From positions 1-64,000 of IMG/VR virus record IMGVR_UViG_2974796119_000001: a stretch of 64,000 bases of DNA; one strand, given 5' to 3'. The translations under genes and the position numbers were made by a program. Below, piece by piece: positions 16,904-26,321 of the stretch. Origin of the DNA: a virus (lineage: Duplodnaviria; Caudoviricetes). Within the stretch, counting starts at the first letter, position 1. Every line of letters starts with the position of its first letter. The notes below the pieces were generated by a model. The model did not search any database. It was not told where the DNA came from and worked only from the letters and a program-made list of their open reading frames with translations.

Positions 16904-17671
16904 ATGAACTATATAGAGATTATCAATAACTTTTGGGCATACACAGAAGATAAAGACATATCCTCAAGTGATACATCTGTTTATTTCGCCTTATTAAAAT
17001 ACAACAATTCACTTAACTGGATAAAAGAATTTAGATGTGATTATGCAGTGATTTGTCAATACTCAAGAGTGTCTAAAAACACCTTCTACAAATCAATAGA
17101 TAACCTTTCTGATTTAAAATTAATTCAATACGAAAAAGGAGTTAGAAACCATCTTAAACCTAAAGTTTCTATTCTTAAAATTAAGAACAGAAAGGGAATA
17201 ATAAAGGAACAGAAAGGGAACACAGAAGGAACACAAGAGGAACAGAAAGGGAACTTATATAAACTACTAAACATAGAAACTATTAAACTATTAAACAATA
17301 AAAACTATTCAAAAAAAATTAATGATAATTTAAAAATTTGGTTAGGACTTGAAGAAGGAGTTTTTAATTTTAGAAAAGAACTTTTAAGTTTAGGCGCTAA
17401 AGAAGATTTAGCAAATGACTGGTTAAAAGTTAGAAAAAATAAAAAAGCTTCAAATACAAAAACAGCTTTTAAACTATTTCACAACCAAGTAATAAAATCA
17501 AAAAAAGAAATAAACGAAATTTTGACTATTTGCATAGCTAAAGATTGGAAATCGTTTAATGCTAGTTGGAAAATAGAAACACAAAATTCAAACACCAACG
17601 ATAGAAACTATAATTTCAATAATCAGCCAGGAGGAATACCAAGCGTTCCCTTTGAAACAAACAGAGATTAA
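16904..17671 (+). CDS. Replication initiator (lambda O-like)
   Basis: N-terminal wHTH-like region, internal iterons, next to a DnaC-like ATPase. Confidence 0.75.
   Translation: MNYIEIINNFWAYTEDKDISSSDTSVYFALLKYNNSLNWIKEFRCDYAVICQYSRVSKNTFYKSIDNLSDLKLIQYEKGVRNHLKPKVSILKIKNRKGIIKEQKGNTEGTQEEQKGNLYKLLNIETIKLLNNKNYSKKINDNLKIWLGLEEGVFNFRKELLSLGAKEDLANDWLKVRKNKKASNTKTAFKLFHNQVIKSKKEINEILTICIAKDWKSFNASWKIETQNSNTNDRNYNFNNQPGGIPSVPFETNRD
17185..17253 (+). other. Putative replication origin (iterons)
   Basis: GAACAGAAAGGGAA at 17185, 17207, 17240; GAA(C/T) units every 11 bp; AT-rich AAACTA(C/T)TAAAC repeats follow. Confidence 0.75.
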
Positions 17672-17672
17672 A

Positions 17673-18569
17673 ATGGAAAAACCTGATATAAACAAAATCA
17701 TAGAGGAAAACTTCAAAGTAATCGGTAGACATAAGTACAACAAACTTAAAAGCTATAATTTCGATGAAATGACAACCGAAGAAATGGTAAAATTCAGAGA
17801 AAGAAATAAAATTTCTGTAGCTGAAGCTCTAAAACAAATTGAAAAATACGAATCTAAAAACCAAGCAAATCAGAATCAAAGCGAGAAGTCAAAAGAATAC
17901 TTCAAGAAAGTTCGAGAAAATGTAGTTCCAGAAAAAAAAAAAATGACTAAAGAATGGTTATGGGATAAGTTTAACCGAGAGTATTTTAAACAAAATAAAG
18001 TTAAATACTCAACAGAAGATGTTTACTTAGAAAACCTTAAACCGTTAATTTATTATTTCATTGGTGATTTTGAAAACTTCAAGAAATGCAAGCATCTTTC
18101 AAAAATATCAGAAGCAAGTTTCAATAAAGGGATTTTGATGATTGGAGGTTACGGTAACGGTAAAACATCTACAATGAAAGCTTTTGAAGCTGTTTTAAAG
18201 AACACAAATGTAATATTTAAAGGTTACTCCGCAAATGAGTTAGTTACGCTATATGAGGGTTGTCAAAATCCATTAGACAAACAAGAGTTTCAGAGAATTT
18301 CTGTAAAAGGAACAAGATATTTTGATGATGTTTTAACTGAAAGAATGGCATCAAACTATGGTAAATCCAATCTTATAAAAGATATTTTAGAAGAAAGGTA
18401 TAATAAAAATTTAAGAACCTACGCTTCAATAAATCATAAAGAAGGGTTTGGTCAGGATATAAAAAAATCTATTGAGCAGATAGGAGAAAAATATGGACCA
18501 AGAGTTTATGATCGTATTTTCGATATGTTTAATGTGATTGAGTTTAAAGGAAGTAGTTTTAGAAAATAA
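17673..18569 (+). CDS. DnaC/IstB-like helicase loader ATPase
   Basis: Walker A GGYGNGKT, Walker B YFDD, YGPRVYDRIFDMFN; ATG 17673 preferred over the TTG at 17652. Confidence 0.85.
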   Translation: MEKPDINKIIEENFKVIGRHKYNKLKSYNFDEMTTEEMVKFRERNKISVAEALKQIEKYESKNQANQNQSEKSKEYFKKVRENVVPEKKKMTKEWLWDKFNREYFKQNKVKYSTEDVYLENLKPLIYYFIGDFENFKKCKHLSKISEASFNKGILMIGGYGNGKTSTMKAFEAVLKNTNVIFKGYSANELVTLYEGCQNPLDKQEFQRISVKGTRYFDDVLTERMASNYGKSNLIKDILEERYNKNLRTYASINHKEGFGQDIKKSIEQIGEKYGPRVYDRIFDMFNVIEFKGSSFRK

Positions 18570-18590
18570 ACGTAAAACAATAAAATAATC

Positions 18591-18773
18591 ATGAGATTTC
18601 ATGGGCAATATTGCGTTGTATGCGAACAGCAAACTATGTTCATTGAGAAGCTAAAAGACCCTAAAGACGGGTTTTGTGAAGAGATAGTAGATGTTTGTTT
18701 AGAATGTAATAATAAGTTCTCGGCAAAACCTGAGAAGAAAAAAATTAAAATAACCTTTAAAACAATAAAATAA
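18591..18773 (+). CDS. small zinc-ribbon protein
   Basis: CxxC...CxxC. Confidence 0.6.
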   Translation: MRFHGQYCVVCEQQTMFIEKLKDPKDGFCEEIVDVCLECNNKFSAKPEKKKIKITFKTIK

Positions 18774-19162
18774 TGAAAACAGAATTATCAAATCAAAAAT
18801 TAGTATTCGTGCCAGTAAAATTAAGTGAAAGAAAACCTGACTTAAACCAAAGAATATTTTTTTATAACTCAAGAACTAAAGGAGGTCTTATATCAGAGTA
18901 TATTCCAAATGAACTCATAGAAACATCAAAAGGCAAACTAAAAGAATTAAAAAATGTTAAGGTCGCTGTAGATATGATTATTAATAATCACACACATTGG
19001 CTAGAACCAACAGTAGTTACAACTAAAAAATTTGTGCTTAGAAATGATAAAAATTATGATTTTTTATTAAAAAAAGAACACTTACTTGAGCTTATAAACG
19101 AAGCAAGACACCCTAGAAGTATTAATAAAACACCAGAGGAATTATACAATAAGTATTTTTAA
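18773..19162 (+). CDS. hypothetical protein
   Basis: ORF track. Confidence 0.6.
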   Translation: MKTELSNQKLVFVPVKLSERKPDLNQRIFFYNSRTKGGLISEYIPNELIETSKGKLKELKNVKVAVDMIINNHTHWLEPTVVTTKKFVLRNDKNYDFLLKKEHLLELINEARHPRSINKTPEELYNKYF

Positions 19163-19173
19163 AAAATAAAGTA

Positions 19174-19395
19174 ATGGCATTAAGTAACGTAGAAGAAATT
19201 AGAAAAGGAATAGCTTTACAAACTTACAATAAAGCATTACATAGATTTATTCCTGGAGAAGAAGTAACGATTTCTTTAATTCAGAAAAAATGTAGATGTG
19301 GTTATTATTCAGCTTCAGAAGCTTATAGATTGCTTATTTCAAACAATGAAATAAAAGAAACAGAAGGTAAAACAGGAGTTGGAATAGTAATTTAA
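19174..19395 (+). CDS. Stand-alone FtsK gamma-like winged-helix protein
   Basis: TISLIQKKCRCGYYSA..L resembles the FtsK gamma SxSxLQRxxxIGYNRA motif. Confidence 0.6.
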   Translation: MALSNVEEIRKGIALQTYNKALHRFIPGEEVTISLIQKKCRCGYYSASEAYRLLISNNEIKETEGKTGVGIVI

Positions 19396-19409
19396 ACAAC
19401 AAAGAAATT

Positions 19410-19700
19410 ATGGAAATTAAATTTGAAAGAATACAAGAAAATTTACAAGAAAACCTAGAGGATTATAAATTAAAAACAAACGAACAGTTAATTAATTATA
19501 TAATTGAGTTCGGGTGTGGTGAAACAGGATTTCACACAGGAGACATTGAAAGATTAATCAAAGAAAATCAATGGCTAAAAAAGAAACAAGAAGAAATAAA
19601 ATGTAGTTCATGCGGAAAAGGAACTCCAGAACTATGCGGTAGTTGTGTTAGTGATATAGCACAAGAAACAGGTGAACAAGCAATTAACTCAATAATATAA
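19410..19700 (+). CDS. hypothetical protein with C-terminal Cys cluster
   Basis: CSSC...CGSC. Confidence 0.6.
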   Translation: MEIKFERIQENLQENLEDYKLKTNEQLINYIIEFGCGETGFHTGDIERLIKENQWLKKKQEEIKCSSCGKGTPELCGSCVSDIAQETGEQAINSII

Positions 19701-19702
19701 GC

Positions 19703-19912
19703 ATGACACCAAAAGACAACGCTAGAGTAATAACAGATAAGTTCTACAAAATTCAAATTACAGCAGGTAAAACTCCTGATTGGGATATAGCCAAAAAACA
19801 AGCAGAATTTTTATGTAGTGAAGTTATAGCAGTTATTCCAATGTACACAAGGAAATTAAATCCTAAATGGAAATTATGGAATGACACTAAAGAACAATTA
19901 TTAAAATTATAA
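19703..19912 (+). CDS. hypothetical protein
   Basis: ORF track. Confidence 0.65.
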   Translation: MTPKDNARVITDKFYKIQITAGKTPDWDIAKKQAEFLCSEVIAVIPMYTRKLNPKWKLWNDTKEQLLKL

Positions 19913-19916
19913 AATA

Positions 19917-20111
19917 ATGAAAGACTCACAAGGTAATAATTGGATTAAAGCAGATAAACCCCAAAGAGAATATCCAATAGGAACAATGTTTAAAGCAATA
20001 ACCGGAGGATATTGGATAAGAGTAGGACATGGTTTCAGATGGTGTACAGGAAGCACGTTCCCAACCGTTGGAGGTGATTGGGATGGAACAGTATGTTTAC
20101 CAGTAAATTAA
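19917..20111 (+). CDS. hypothetical protein
   Basis: ORF track. Confidence 0.65.
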   Translation: MKDSQGNNWIKADKPQREYPIGTMFKAITGGYWIRVGHGFRWCTGSTFPTVGGDWDGTVCLPVN

Positions 20112-20132
20112 TAATTAAAACAACGATAAATT

Positions 20133-20498
20133 ATGGATCAGATTAAAGAACTTTTAGACATTTTAAAAGAAACTCCAGAAATGGCATTATGGGGTATAAG
20201 TATATATTTTATTTTTATACTTATAAAACTATCAAGTTGGATATTAGCTATTAAATTAGTTGCAAGTCAGTTTATAAAAAGATTTTTCGACCATAAAGAA
20301 ACACTTACTGCTTTAGAGGTTAAAAAACTAAATAATAAAAGAGGTATAAGTATAGCTGAAAACTTCAAGGAAAATGCAATATCAAATGTAAATTACAATC
20401 TGTTTTTAGAATTAATTAATGAGTTAAAATCAACCAATTACATACATGAATCAGATATTAGAAAAGCAATAAACATACTTAAAAACAGTAAGAAATAA
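20133..20498 (+). CDS. membrane-anchored hypothetical protein
   Basis: Hydrophobic segment ALWGISIYFIFILIKLSSWILAI. Confidence 0.65.
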   Translation: MDQIKELLDILKETPEMALWGISIYFIFILIKLSSWILAIKLVASQFIKRFFDHKETLTALEVKKLNNKRGISIAENFKENAISNVNYNLFLELINELKSTNYIHESDIRKAINILKNSKK

Positions 20499-20878
20499 TG
20501 AAAAGAGAAATATTATATAAAGGTGAAACAGTAGGTAGTAAAAAATTGGTAGAAGGATACATAATGCCTTGTTACGAGAACAATCAATTTAAAATAAGTT
20601 ACTGGGAAGATATTCTAGTTGATGGAGAAACAAACACTTATGAGCCAGTTATATTTAGTTATGAAGTAATTCCAGAAACAGTAAGCCAATTCATAAGACT
20701 AGATTCAGATAAAAAAAGAGTATTCGAAGGTGATATTTTAGACGAAGAATATACTGCTAAATGGAGCAATGAAAAATGTGGTTTTTACCTAGAAAGTAAG
20801 TTTGGAAGCGATCACAATAAACCTATGAGCTTCATAGATGAAAACAACTTAAAAGTAACAGGAAATATACACGATTAA
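20498..20878 (+). CDS. YopX family protein
   Basis: MKREILYKG, IPETVSQF, FEGDIL, VTGNIHD. Confidence 0.85.
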   Translation: MKREILYKGETVGSKKLVEGYIMPCYENNQFKISYWEDILVDGETNTYEPVIFSYEVIPETVSQFIRLDSDKKRVFEGDILDEEYTAKWSNEKCGFYLESKFGSDHNKPMSFIDENNLKVTGNIHD

Positions 20879-20880
20879 TC

Positions 20881-21189
20881 ATGAAACTATATAGATACAA
20901 ATCAGAAGTATGGTCTTTATTTACAGACGAAGGAGAATGGTTAGAAAACCCTGAACCTAGAACTATTTTAGAAGAACATACTGTAGTAAGGGAAACACCA
21001 AAAACATATTTAATAAGGTTAAACGGTAAAGAAAAAAGAATATCAAAAACCGCTAAAAACACTTTTGCTTACAAAACAAAAGAAAAAGCTTTAAACAATT
21101 ATAAAAAAAGATGTATTAGTAATTTCGCACATTGCAAAAGAGCTTTTGAAATAGCAAAGATATTTTACGAAAACAGCAAGACCATGTAA
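20881..21189 (+). CDS. hypothetical protein
   Basis: ORF track. Confidence 0.7.
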   Translation: MKLYRYKSEVWSLFTDEGEWLENPEPRTILEEHTVVRETPKTYLIRLNGKEKRISKTAKNTFAYKTKEKALNNYKKRCISNFAHCKRAFEIAKIFYENSKTM

Positions 21190-21192
21190 ACA

Positions 21193-21357
21193 ATGACTAA
21201 ACTATCACTTAAAGAACTACATGAAATAGAAGTAATACATAGCGTAGTATCATTTTGCACTTGTGTAGACGACACTAATGTCGTTAACAGAAATAAAACC
21301 TGTAGTAAATATGGGTTGGAAATTATAAAGCCTGACACCTTAAAAAAAAAACAATAA
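21193..21357 (+). CDS. small Cys-containing hypothetical protein (54 aa)
   Basis: Fills the gap; translated by hand. Confidence 0.45.
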   Translation: MTKLSLKELHEIEVIHSVVSFCTCVDDTNVVNRNKTCSKYGLEIIKPDTLKKKQ

Positions 21358-21372
21358 TTTAATTAATAAAAA

Positions 21373-21570
21373 ATGTACAGCAATCATAACGTATTAACAA
21401 TACCAAAAAGCAACAAGGACAAATACAAAGTAGGAGATAGATATTTAGCACCTCAAAATGCAAACTGGAGAATAAAAAGATTCAATGGTTTATTTATAGA
21501 AAACATTGATTTCACTTCCGGAATGAGATTACATTTTAATTATGAAGAATGGTTTACTAACAAAAAATAG
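21373..21570 (+). CDS. hypothetical protein
   Basis: ORF track. Confidence 0.6.
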   Translation: MYSNHNVLTIPKSNKDKYKVGDRYLAPQNANWRIKRFNGLFIENIDFTSGMRLHFNYEEWFTNKK

Positions 21571-21575
21571 AAATA

Positions 21576-21878
21576 ATGAAAACTAATTTTGGAAAAACAT
21601 TAAAGAAAATAAGAAAAATAAAAGGACTAAGACAAGAAGATGTAGAAGCTGCTGCAGGAATGGATCACAGAGTATATAGTGAAACAGAAAATGATAAAAA
21701 TAACGCTACACTTGCAACACTAGAAAAAGTATCTAATGGTTTTAACATACCTTTGGCAGTAATATTCTGGTTAGGAATGGATGAAGATAGTATTCCAAAA
21801 GACCATAAAAAACACGAATTTCTAATGGTTAAACAAAAAATAGATGCCATGTTTAATAATTTATACGATTTAAACTAA
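21576..21878 (+). CDS. XRE-family HTH regulator
   Basis: LKKIRKIKGLRQEDV...YSETEND..NATLATLEKVSNGF. Confidence 0.9.
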   Translation: MKTNFGKTLKKIRKIKGLRQEDVEAAAGMDHRVYSETENDKNNATLATLEKVSNGFNIPLAVIFWLGMDEDSIPKDHKKHEFLMVKQKIDAMFNNLYDLN

Positions 21879-21889
21879 AAATAAACAAA

Positions 21890-22342
21890 ATGAGGGGATT
21901 AAAAATATTATTAGTAATAATGTGCATTAGTTGGGGGGCAAATGCACAACAAACAACATACGATTTTTCAGTATCAAGTTCAACGAATTTTAGCAAAGGA
22001 GCCGAATTAAGAGGTAACTTTAAAACATGGTACATAGCTTTTCAATTAGAACACTTCTTAAAAGATAAAGACTTTCTTTTAAACTGGGGTGCAGCTATTG
22101 GAATAATGAAAAACTACAATGATTTTACCTTTACAGGAGGTGTAAGATTTGGATTTATTATTAAAAACGGCTACACGAAGCCATCTAAAGGATTAGAAAC
22201 AGAAATAGATTACAACGTAACAGACACTATGTTCTTTGGGGTTCGTGGAGCGTACGATGTTTACCATGATAGCCCTGATATAAATACACCAACATCAAAA
22301 GATATGATTAGAGCTTTTGTGAAAGTTGGTTTTAAATTTTAA
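21890..22342 (+). CDS. Small outer-membrane beta-barrel protein
   Basis: Sec signal ending ANA-QQ; alternating beta-strands; C-terminal VKVGFKF BAM-type signal. Confidence 0.8.
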   Translation: MRGLKILLVIMCISWGANAQQTTYDFSVSSSTNFSKGAELRGNFKTWYIAFQLEHFLKDKDFLLNWGAAIGIMKNYNDFTFTGGVRFGFIIKNGYTKPSKGLETEIDYNVTDTMFFGVRGAYDVYHDSPDINTPTSKDMIRAFVKVGFKF

Positions 22343-22354
22343 AAAACAACAAAA

Positions 22355-22771
22355 ATGAGACACTTAATAATTAGATTATTTTTTCTTAGTTACTTAACTA
22401 GGTTTCTAGGAATAACATTTAGATTCACAAGGTTAGCACCAGTTATAGTCCCTTTAATTTGCTTAGGTGGGTATTTATCCATTAAAGACAAACAGAGCGC
22501 AATTCTATACTCTATAACAGCATTAATTGTAATAATATTTTACGTACCAAATTACTACTTAAAGAAAACTAAAATAAGACTGCAGGAATTAAACAACGAT
22601 CAAAAATGGTTTTTCATAAGAAGAACATTTATTAAAAAAATAGACTACAAACAAGTAGAATCTATTAATTACAAAATGAAAATAAACAACAATAAATATT
22701 TTTACAATGTTGTTCCATTTTTATTCATATCAATACCACCAACTATAATTATTTTATTACTTATATTTTAA
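22355..22771 (+). CDS. multi-pass membrane protein
   Basis: Three or more hydrophobic segments. Confidence 0.7.
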   Translation: MRHLIIRLFFLSYLTRFLGITFRFTRLAPVIVPLICLGGYLSIKDKQSAILYSITALIVIIFYVPNYYLKKTKIRLQELNNDQKWFFIRRTFIKKIDYKQVESINYKMKINNNKYFYNVVPFLFISIPPTIIILLLIF

Positions 22772-22773
22772 CC

Positions 22774-22808
22774 AAACCCTATCTTTTTAAAAAGGATAGG
22801 GTTTTTTT
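22774..22808. terminator. Intrinsic terminator between convergent genes
   Basis: AAACCCTATC..GATAGGGTTT followed by a T-run. Confidence 0.85.
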
Positions 22809-23278
22809 GTGCTTTCAAGATACCTATCGATTACACTTGTAGCACGACTATCATCATCCATTATTGCCTTTCTATTTACTCCAACATACTTATCGCTATC
22901 AGTAAAAGACTTTAAAAGATTTATAACCAAAAGAACACCCGAAGCAGAAAGACTTATTAGCTTCTTTCCGTTCATAGAATAATCATCTTCCAGAAACCCT
23001 TTCTTATACAGTTTACTCAAACTAAAACCACCACTTTCCAATTCTATTATCGTAGAAAACATTCCTAATTCATAAAGATAAAGCAACATCAAAACGTCAC
23101 TATGAGATATATTATTCTTTTTAGAAGATAAATCTACATGTAGTATTAAATAGCATAAATCAATTTTTGAAGAGTCTATTTTTATATCGTCATAACGATA
23201 CTTTTTAGAATAATCTATATTCTTATCTTCTACTTCACCAATCACAACAATCCTTCTTTCAGTACTTTTTTCAGCCAT
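22787..23278 (-). CDS. hypothetical protein, possible winged-helix regulator at the early/late boundary
   Basis: One of two credible minus-strand genes; divergent from the late promoter; wHTH-like segment HSDVLMLLYLYE..LSKLYKKGFL. Confidence 0.6.
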   Translation of the reverse strand: MAEKSTERRIVVIGEVEDKNIDYSKKYRYDDIKIDSSKIDLCYLILHVDLSSKKNNISHSDVLMLLYLYELGMFSTIIELESGGFSLSKLYKKGFLEDDYSMNGKKLISLSASGVLLVINLLKSFTDSDKYVGVNRKAIMDDDSRATSVIDRYLESTKKPYPF

Positions 23279-23318
23279 AAACTTCTATTTCGAGAATAAA
23301 ATTATAAATAAATCCTAA

Positions 23319-23363
23319 CATTACCAATACTTTTATAAGTTTTTCTAATATATACTATAATTG
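23319..23363 (+). promoter_or_regulatory. Late promoter (CATTACCAATA box + -7 box)
   Basis: CATTACCAATA, then TATAATTG starting 37 bp later. Confidence 0.7.
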
Positions 23364-23390
23364 CATATAGAAATAATAAAAAGAAATTAA

Positions 23391-24626
23391 ATGTCAACAG
23401 CAGCAGATCAAAATGGAGGTGTAACTACACAGTTTTTCGGTACTGGCAATACCGAAGAAACTCAGCCAAAAGAAATAGTTACAACTTCTGATTCAGGAAC
23501 AGAAACTACTTTTTTTTCAGACGAAGCTAAAGAAGATGAACCGGGTAAGGAAACTAGCTCAGAAGAAACATCTACAGAAGCTAAAAAGGAAGAAGAACAA
23601 GCAGATTCAAAAACTGACGAAACAAAAACTGATGCAACAGAAAAAAAACCAACATTTAAAGTAAACCGTACAGGAACCAAAACCGAAACAGAAACTAAAA
23701 CCGAAGAAGCAAAAACAGAAACTAATAAGGAAACTTATTCTGTAACAGATGATTCAGTTATTAACTTTCTAAAAACAAAAGGTCTTGATATTTCATCTTT
23801 AGACGAGGTTACTAAAAAAACAAAACTACCTGATGCAGTAGAAGAATTTAAAAAATTCAACGAAAAAACAGGCGGTGGTATTGAAGCTTACTACAATGCT
23901 AACAAAGATTGGGCTGCTCAACCAAAAGACAGTACACTAAAAGAGTACATTAAATATCAGAATCCAGGAGCAAGTGATGAAGATATTAATACTCAATTAG
24001 AACTTTTATCGGTATCTGAAGAAGAACAAGACGAGTTATCAGAAAGAGAGCTTAAACAAAGAAAACTTGATTACAGTAAAGAGTACAACAAGGCTTTAAA
24101 ATTCATGCAAGGAGTTTCTAATGAGTACAAGATTCCAAAAGAGAATCAAAATACTCAACAAAAACCTCCTACTCCAGAAGAAATTGAGGCAGCTCACAGA
24201 CCTTGGAGAGAGCAAAGAGACAAATCTTTAGAAAAACTAAATGAAATCAGTTTACCTATTGAGGGATTAGGAGATATTAAGTTACCTATAACAGAGGAAC
24301 AAAAAAGCTTAATAGTTAACGCTACCCAAACTCAAGAAGCATTTTTTGACCGTTGGAAAAACAAAGACGGAACTCTTAATTCTGACAAAAGTTCTTTAGA
24401 TACAGCTTGGGGTATTCAGGAAGTACGTGATGAATTAATCGCGAATATGCTTTCAGAAGCTCACACAATGTTTATAGAAAACTTCTCTAAAGACAAGAGA
24501 AACGTAACATTAGGAAAACCAAAACAAGAGAAAACAGGAGAATCAAACGGTTCTATGACTGTTTTAGGAAACAGTAAATCAGAGGGTTCTACAAAAATGG
24601 GAACACCTCTATTCGTAAGACAATAA
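23391..24626 (+). CDS. Capsid scaffolding-like protein
   Basis: Acidic T/E-rich N-terminus, helical body, immediately upstream of the capsid gene. Confidence 0.7.
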   Translation: MSTAADQNGGVTTQFFGTGNTEETQPKEIVTTSDSGTETTFFSDEAKEDEPGKETSSEETSTEAKKEEEQADSKTDETKTDATEKKPTFKVNRTGTKTETETKTEEAKTETNKETYSVTDDSVINFLKTKGLDISSLDEVTKKTKLPDAVEEFKKFNEKTGGGIEAYYNANKDWAAQPKDSTLKEYIKYQNPGASDEDINTQLELLSVSEEEQDELSERELKQRKLDYSKEYNKALKFMQGVSNEYKIPKENQNTQQKPPTPEEIEAAHRPWREQRDKSLEKLNEISLPIEGLGDIKLPITEEQKSLIVNATQTQEAFFDRWKNKDGTLNSDKSSLDTAWGIQEVRDELIANMLSEAHTMFIENFSKDKRNVTLGKPKQEKTGESNGSMTVLGNSKSEGSTKMGTPLFVRQ

Positions 24627-24652
24627 AATAATAAATTTAATTTAATTTAGAA

Positions 24653-26053
24653 ATGGCAATAACAGCTAATCAGAACACAAACCCTCATAACAATACAGCA
24701 CCAGTTGTATTGAATAATGACAATTACACCGATCCAATTACATTAGCAACAGAAATGCAAGCTAGACAAGGCCTTCCAAAAGAAATGCTAGACCAAGTTT
24801 TTACTGATTGTGAAAATTTAGTAAAAGATTCATGGTTAGGATTTTTAGATATGTTTCAAATGAACGTATCGGTAAGAACAAAAGCAGTAAACTTTATAGA
24901 AACTGAAACACCTGACTACGTTATTGACGATGATGGAGCTGTAGCAAGAGCATTAGAGGTGTTTACTATTGACTGGACTAAAGTACAAGGACACGCAACA
25001 GGAGAAGATAGTTTTTTCTTTCGTGTTAACGATACCATAATGGTAGTTGATGATGTTAAAAGAGAAATTGGTGTTATAACCGCAGTCAATAAATCAGCGA
25101 ATACATTCACCGCAAAAACAAGAAATGGTTCTGCATGGACTATAAAAACATCAAATCTTTCTATAGATGTTCTAGGTTCAGATCATGACAGAGGTTCATG
25201 TGGTCCAGAAGGATTAATGGAGCTAAGAAAACGCAAGTCAAGAGTTTTAAACTTAGTTGTAATGAAAGATGCAATTAAAGCTTCTGCAGGAAAAAGATTT
25301 GCTTTTCAATATAAAGATGAAGTAAAATGGTACGATGATAATACCGTAACATTAATGAAGCGATTAAATAAGAAAATTGCCAAAACATTAATGTTAGATA
25401 TCGAATCTAAAACAGGTAGTGCTGCTTTAGCTGCAGGTAAACACGGTACTCAAGGTTTATTCGATAACTTAGAAGAAAACGGTTTATTACATACTGGTTA
25501 TATTGATACTGTAGCTGCTTTAGAAGCAATTACTACTTACTGGGATGGATTAGGTTACTCTAACAAAGAATTTATTGCACACGTTGATACTATTCAATAC
25601 AGACACTTAGAGGTTATAGCAGGTGAAATTGCTAAAGCTAAAGGAGTTGAATTACATGTTATTTTAGATAATAAATTAAATAACTATTCTCAATTTGGAT
25701 TTACTGCATTAAATAAAGACGGATATACAATCTACTTCTCTAAATGGAGTTTAACTACAGGTAATAGCCCATTCGGTAAAAAACGTATTAAAGACCAAAT
25801 GCCAAAGGGAATCATAATGCCAATGGGAACAGTAGAAACTGTTATCGAAGGTAGAACAATGCAAGTACCTTACATTTTTAAAGTGTACTTAGATGATAGT
25901 TTAACAAACCCAAATGCTCCTGCAGGAATGATGAGAACATTTTTAAGTGGTGGTTACAACGGTGATGGAGATTGTGAATACTCTAAAATAACTAAATCTA
26001 CTACAGTTGGTATTGCTTGTGTAGTTCCTGAAGCTATTACTTTAATTAAGTAA
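24653..26053 (+). CDS. Major capsid protein
   Basis: 466 aa, follows the scaffold; own late promoter and strong terminator; TQGLFDNL segment typical of HK97-fold capsids. Confidence 0.8.
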   Translation: MAITANQNTNPHNNTAPVVLNNDNYTDPITLATEMQARQGLPKEMLDQVFTDCENLVKDSWLGFLDMFQMNVSVRTKAVNFIETETPDYVIDDDGAVARALEVFTIDWTKVQGHATGEDSFFFRVNDTIMVVDDVKREIGVITAVNKSANTFTAKTRNGSAWTIKTSNLSIDVLGSDHDRGSCGPEGLMELRKRKSRVLNLVVMKDAIKASAGKRFAFQYKDEVKWYDDNTVTLMKRLNKKIAKTLMLDIESKTGSAALAAGKHGTQGLFDNLEENGLLHTGYIDTVAALEAITTYWDGLGYSNKEFIAHVDTIQYRHLEVIAGEIAKAKGVELHVILDNKLNNYSQFGFTALNKDGYTIYFSKWSLTTGNSPFGKKRIKDQMPKGIIMPMGTVETVIEGRTMQVPYIFKVYLDDSLTNPNAPAGMMRTFLSGGYNGDGDCEYSKITKSTTVGIACVVPEAITLIK

Positions 26054-26080
26054 CATTAAGCACTTCAAATTATATTCATA

Positions 26081-26114
26081 AAAAAACCCTATCATTAATT
26101 GATAGGGTTTTTTT
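26081..26114 (+). terminator. Intrinsic terminator
   Basis: AAAAAACCCTATCA-TTAAT-TGATAGGGTTTTTT. Confidence 0.9.
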
Positions 26115-26148
26115 ATTAACAAAGTGTAAAACTTTTTTTTTATTCTTA

Positions 26149-26193
26149 CATTACCAATAAATCTACGCATTACTACTAATTTTACTATCATTG
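26149..26193 (+). promoter_or_regulatory. Late promoter
   Basis: CATTACCAATA + TATCATTG at 37 bp. Confidence 0.7.
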
Positions 26194-26197
26194 CAAC

Positions 26198-26272
26198 GCT
26201 GTAAAGATTTAATGATACACCATTATTTCTATTTAGAATGGCATTACCGAAAGGTGATGCCATTCTTGTTTT
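26198..26272 (+). ncRNA. Candidate late small RNA (or 20-codon ORF 26212-26274)
   Basis: Own promoter; TAATG/CATTA hairpin; 14-bp GAAA-tetraloop hairpin followed by TGTTTT. Confidence 0.5.
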
Positions 26273-26321
26273 AAAAAAAAGTCTATATTTGCTAAAGAAA
26301 AATATATTATATTAGAAAATA

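Noticed and set aside
23460-23740. GAAAC/AAAACC-type repeats in the scaffold gene
   Set aside because: Reflect a T/E/K-rich disordered linker rather than a DNA-level element
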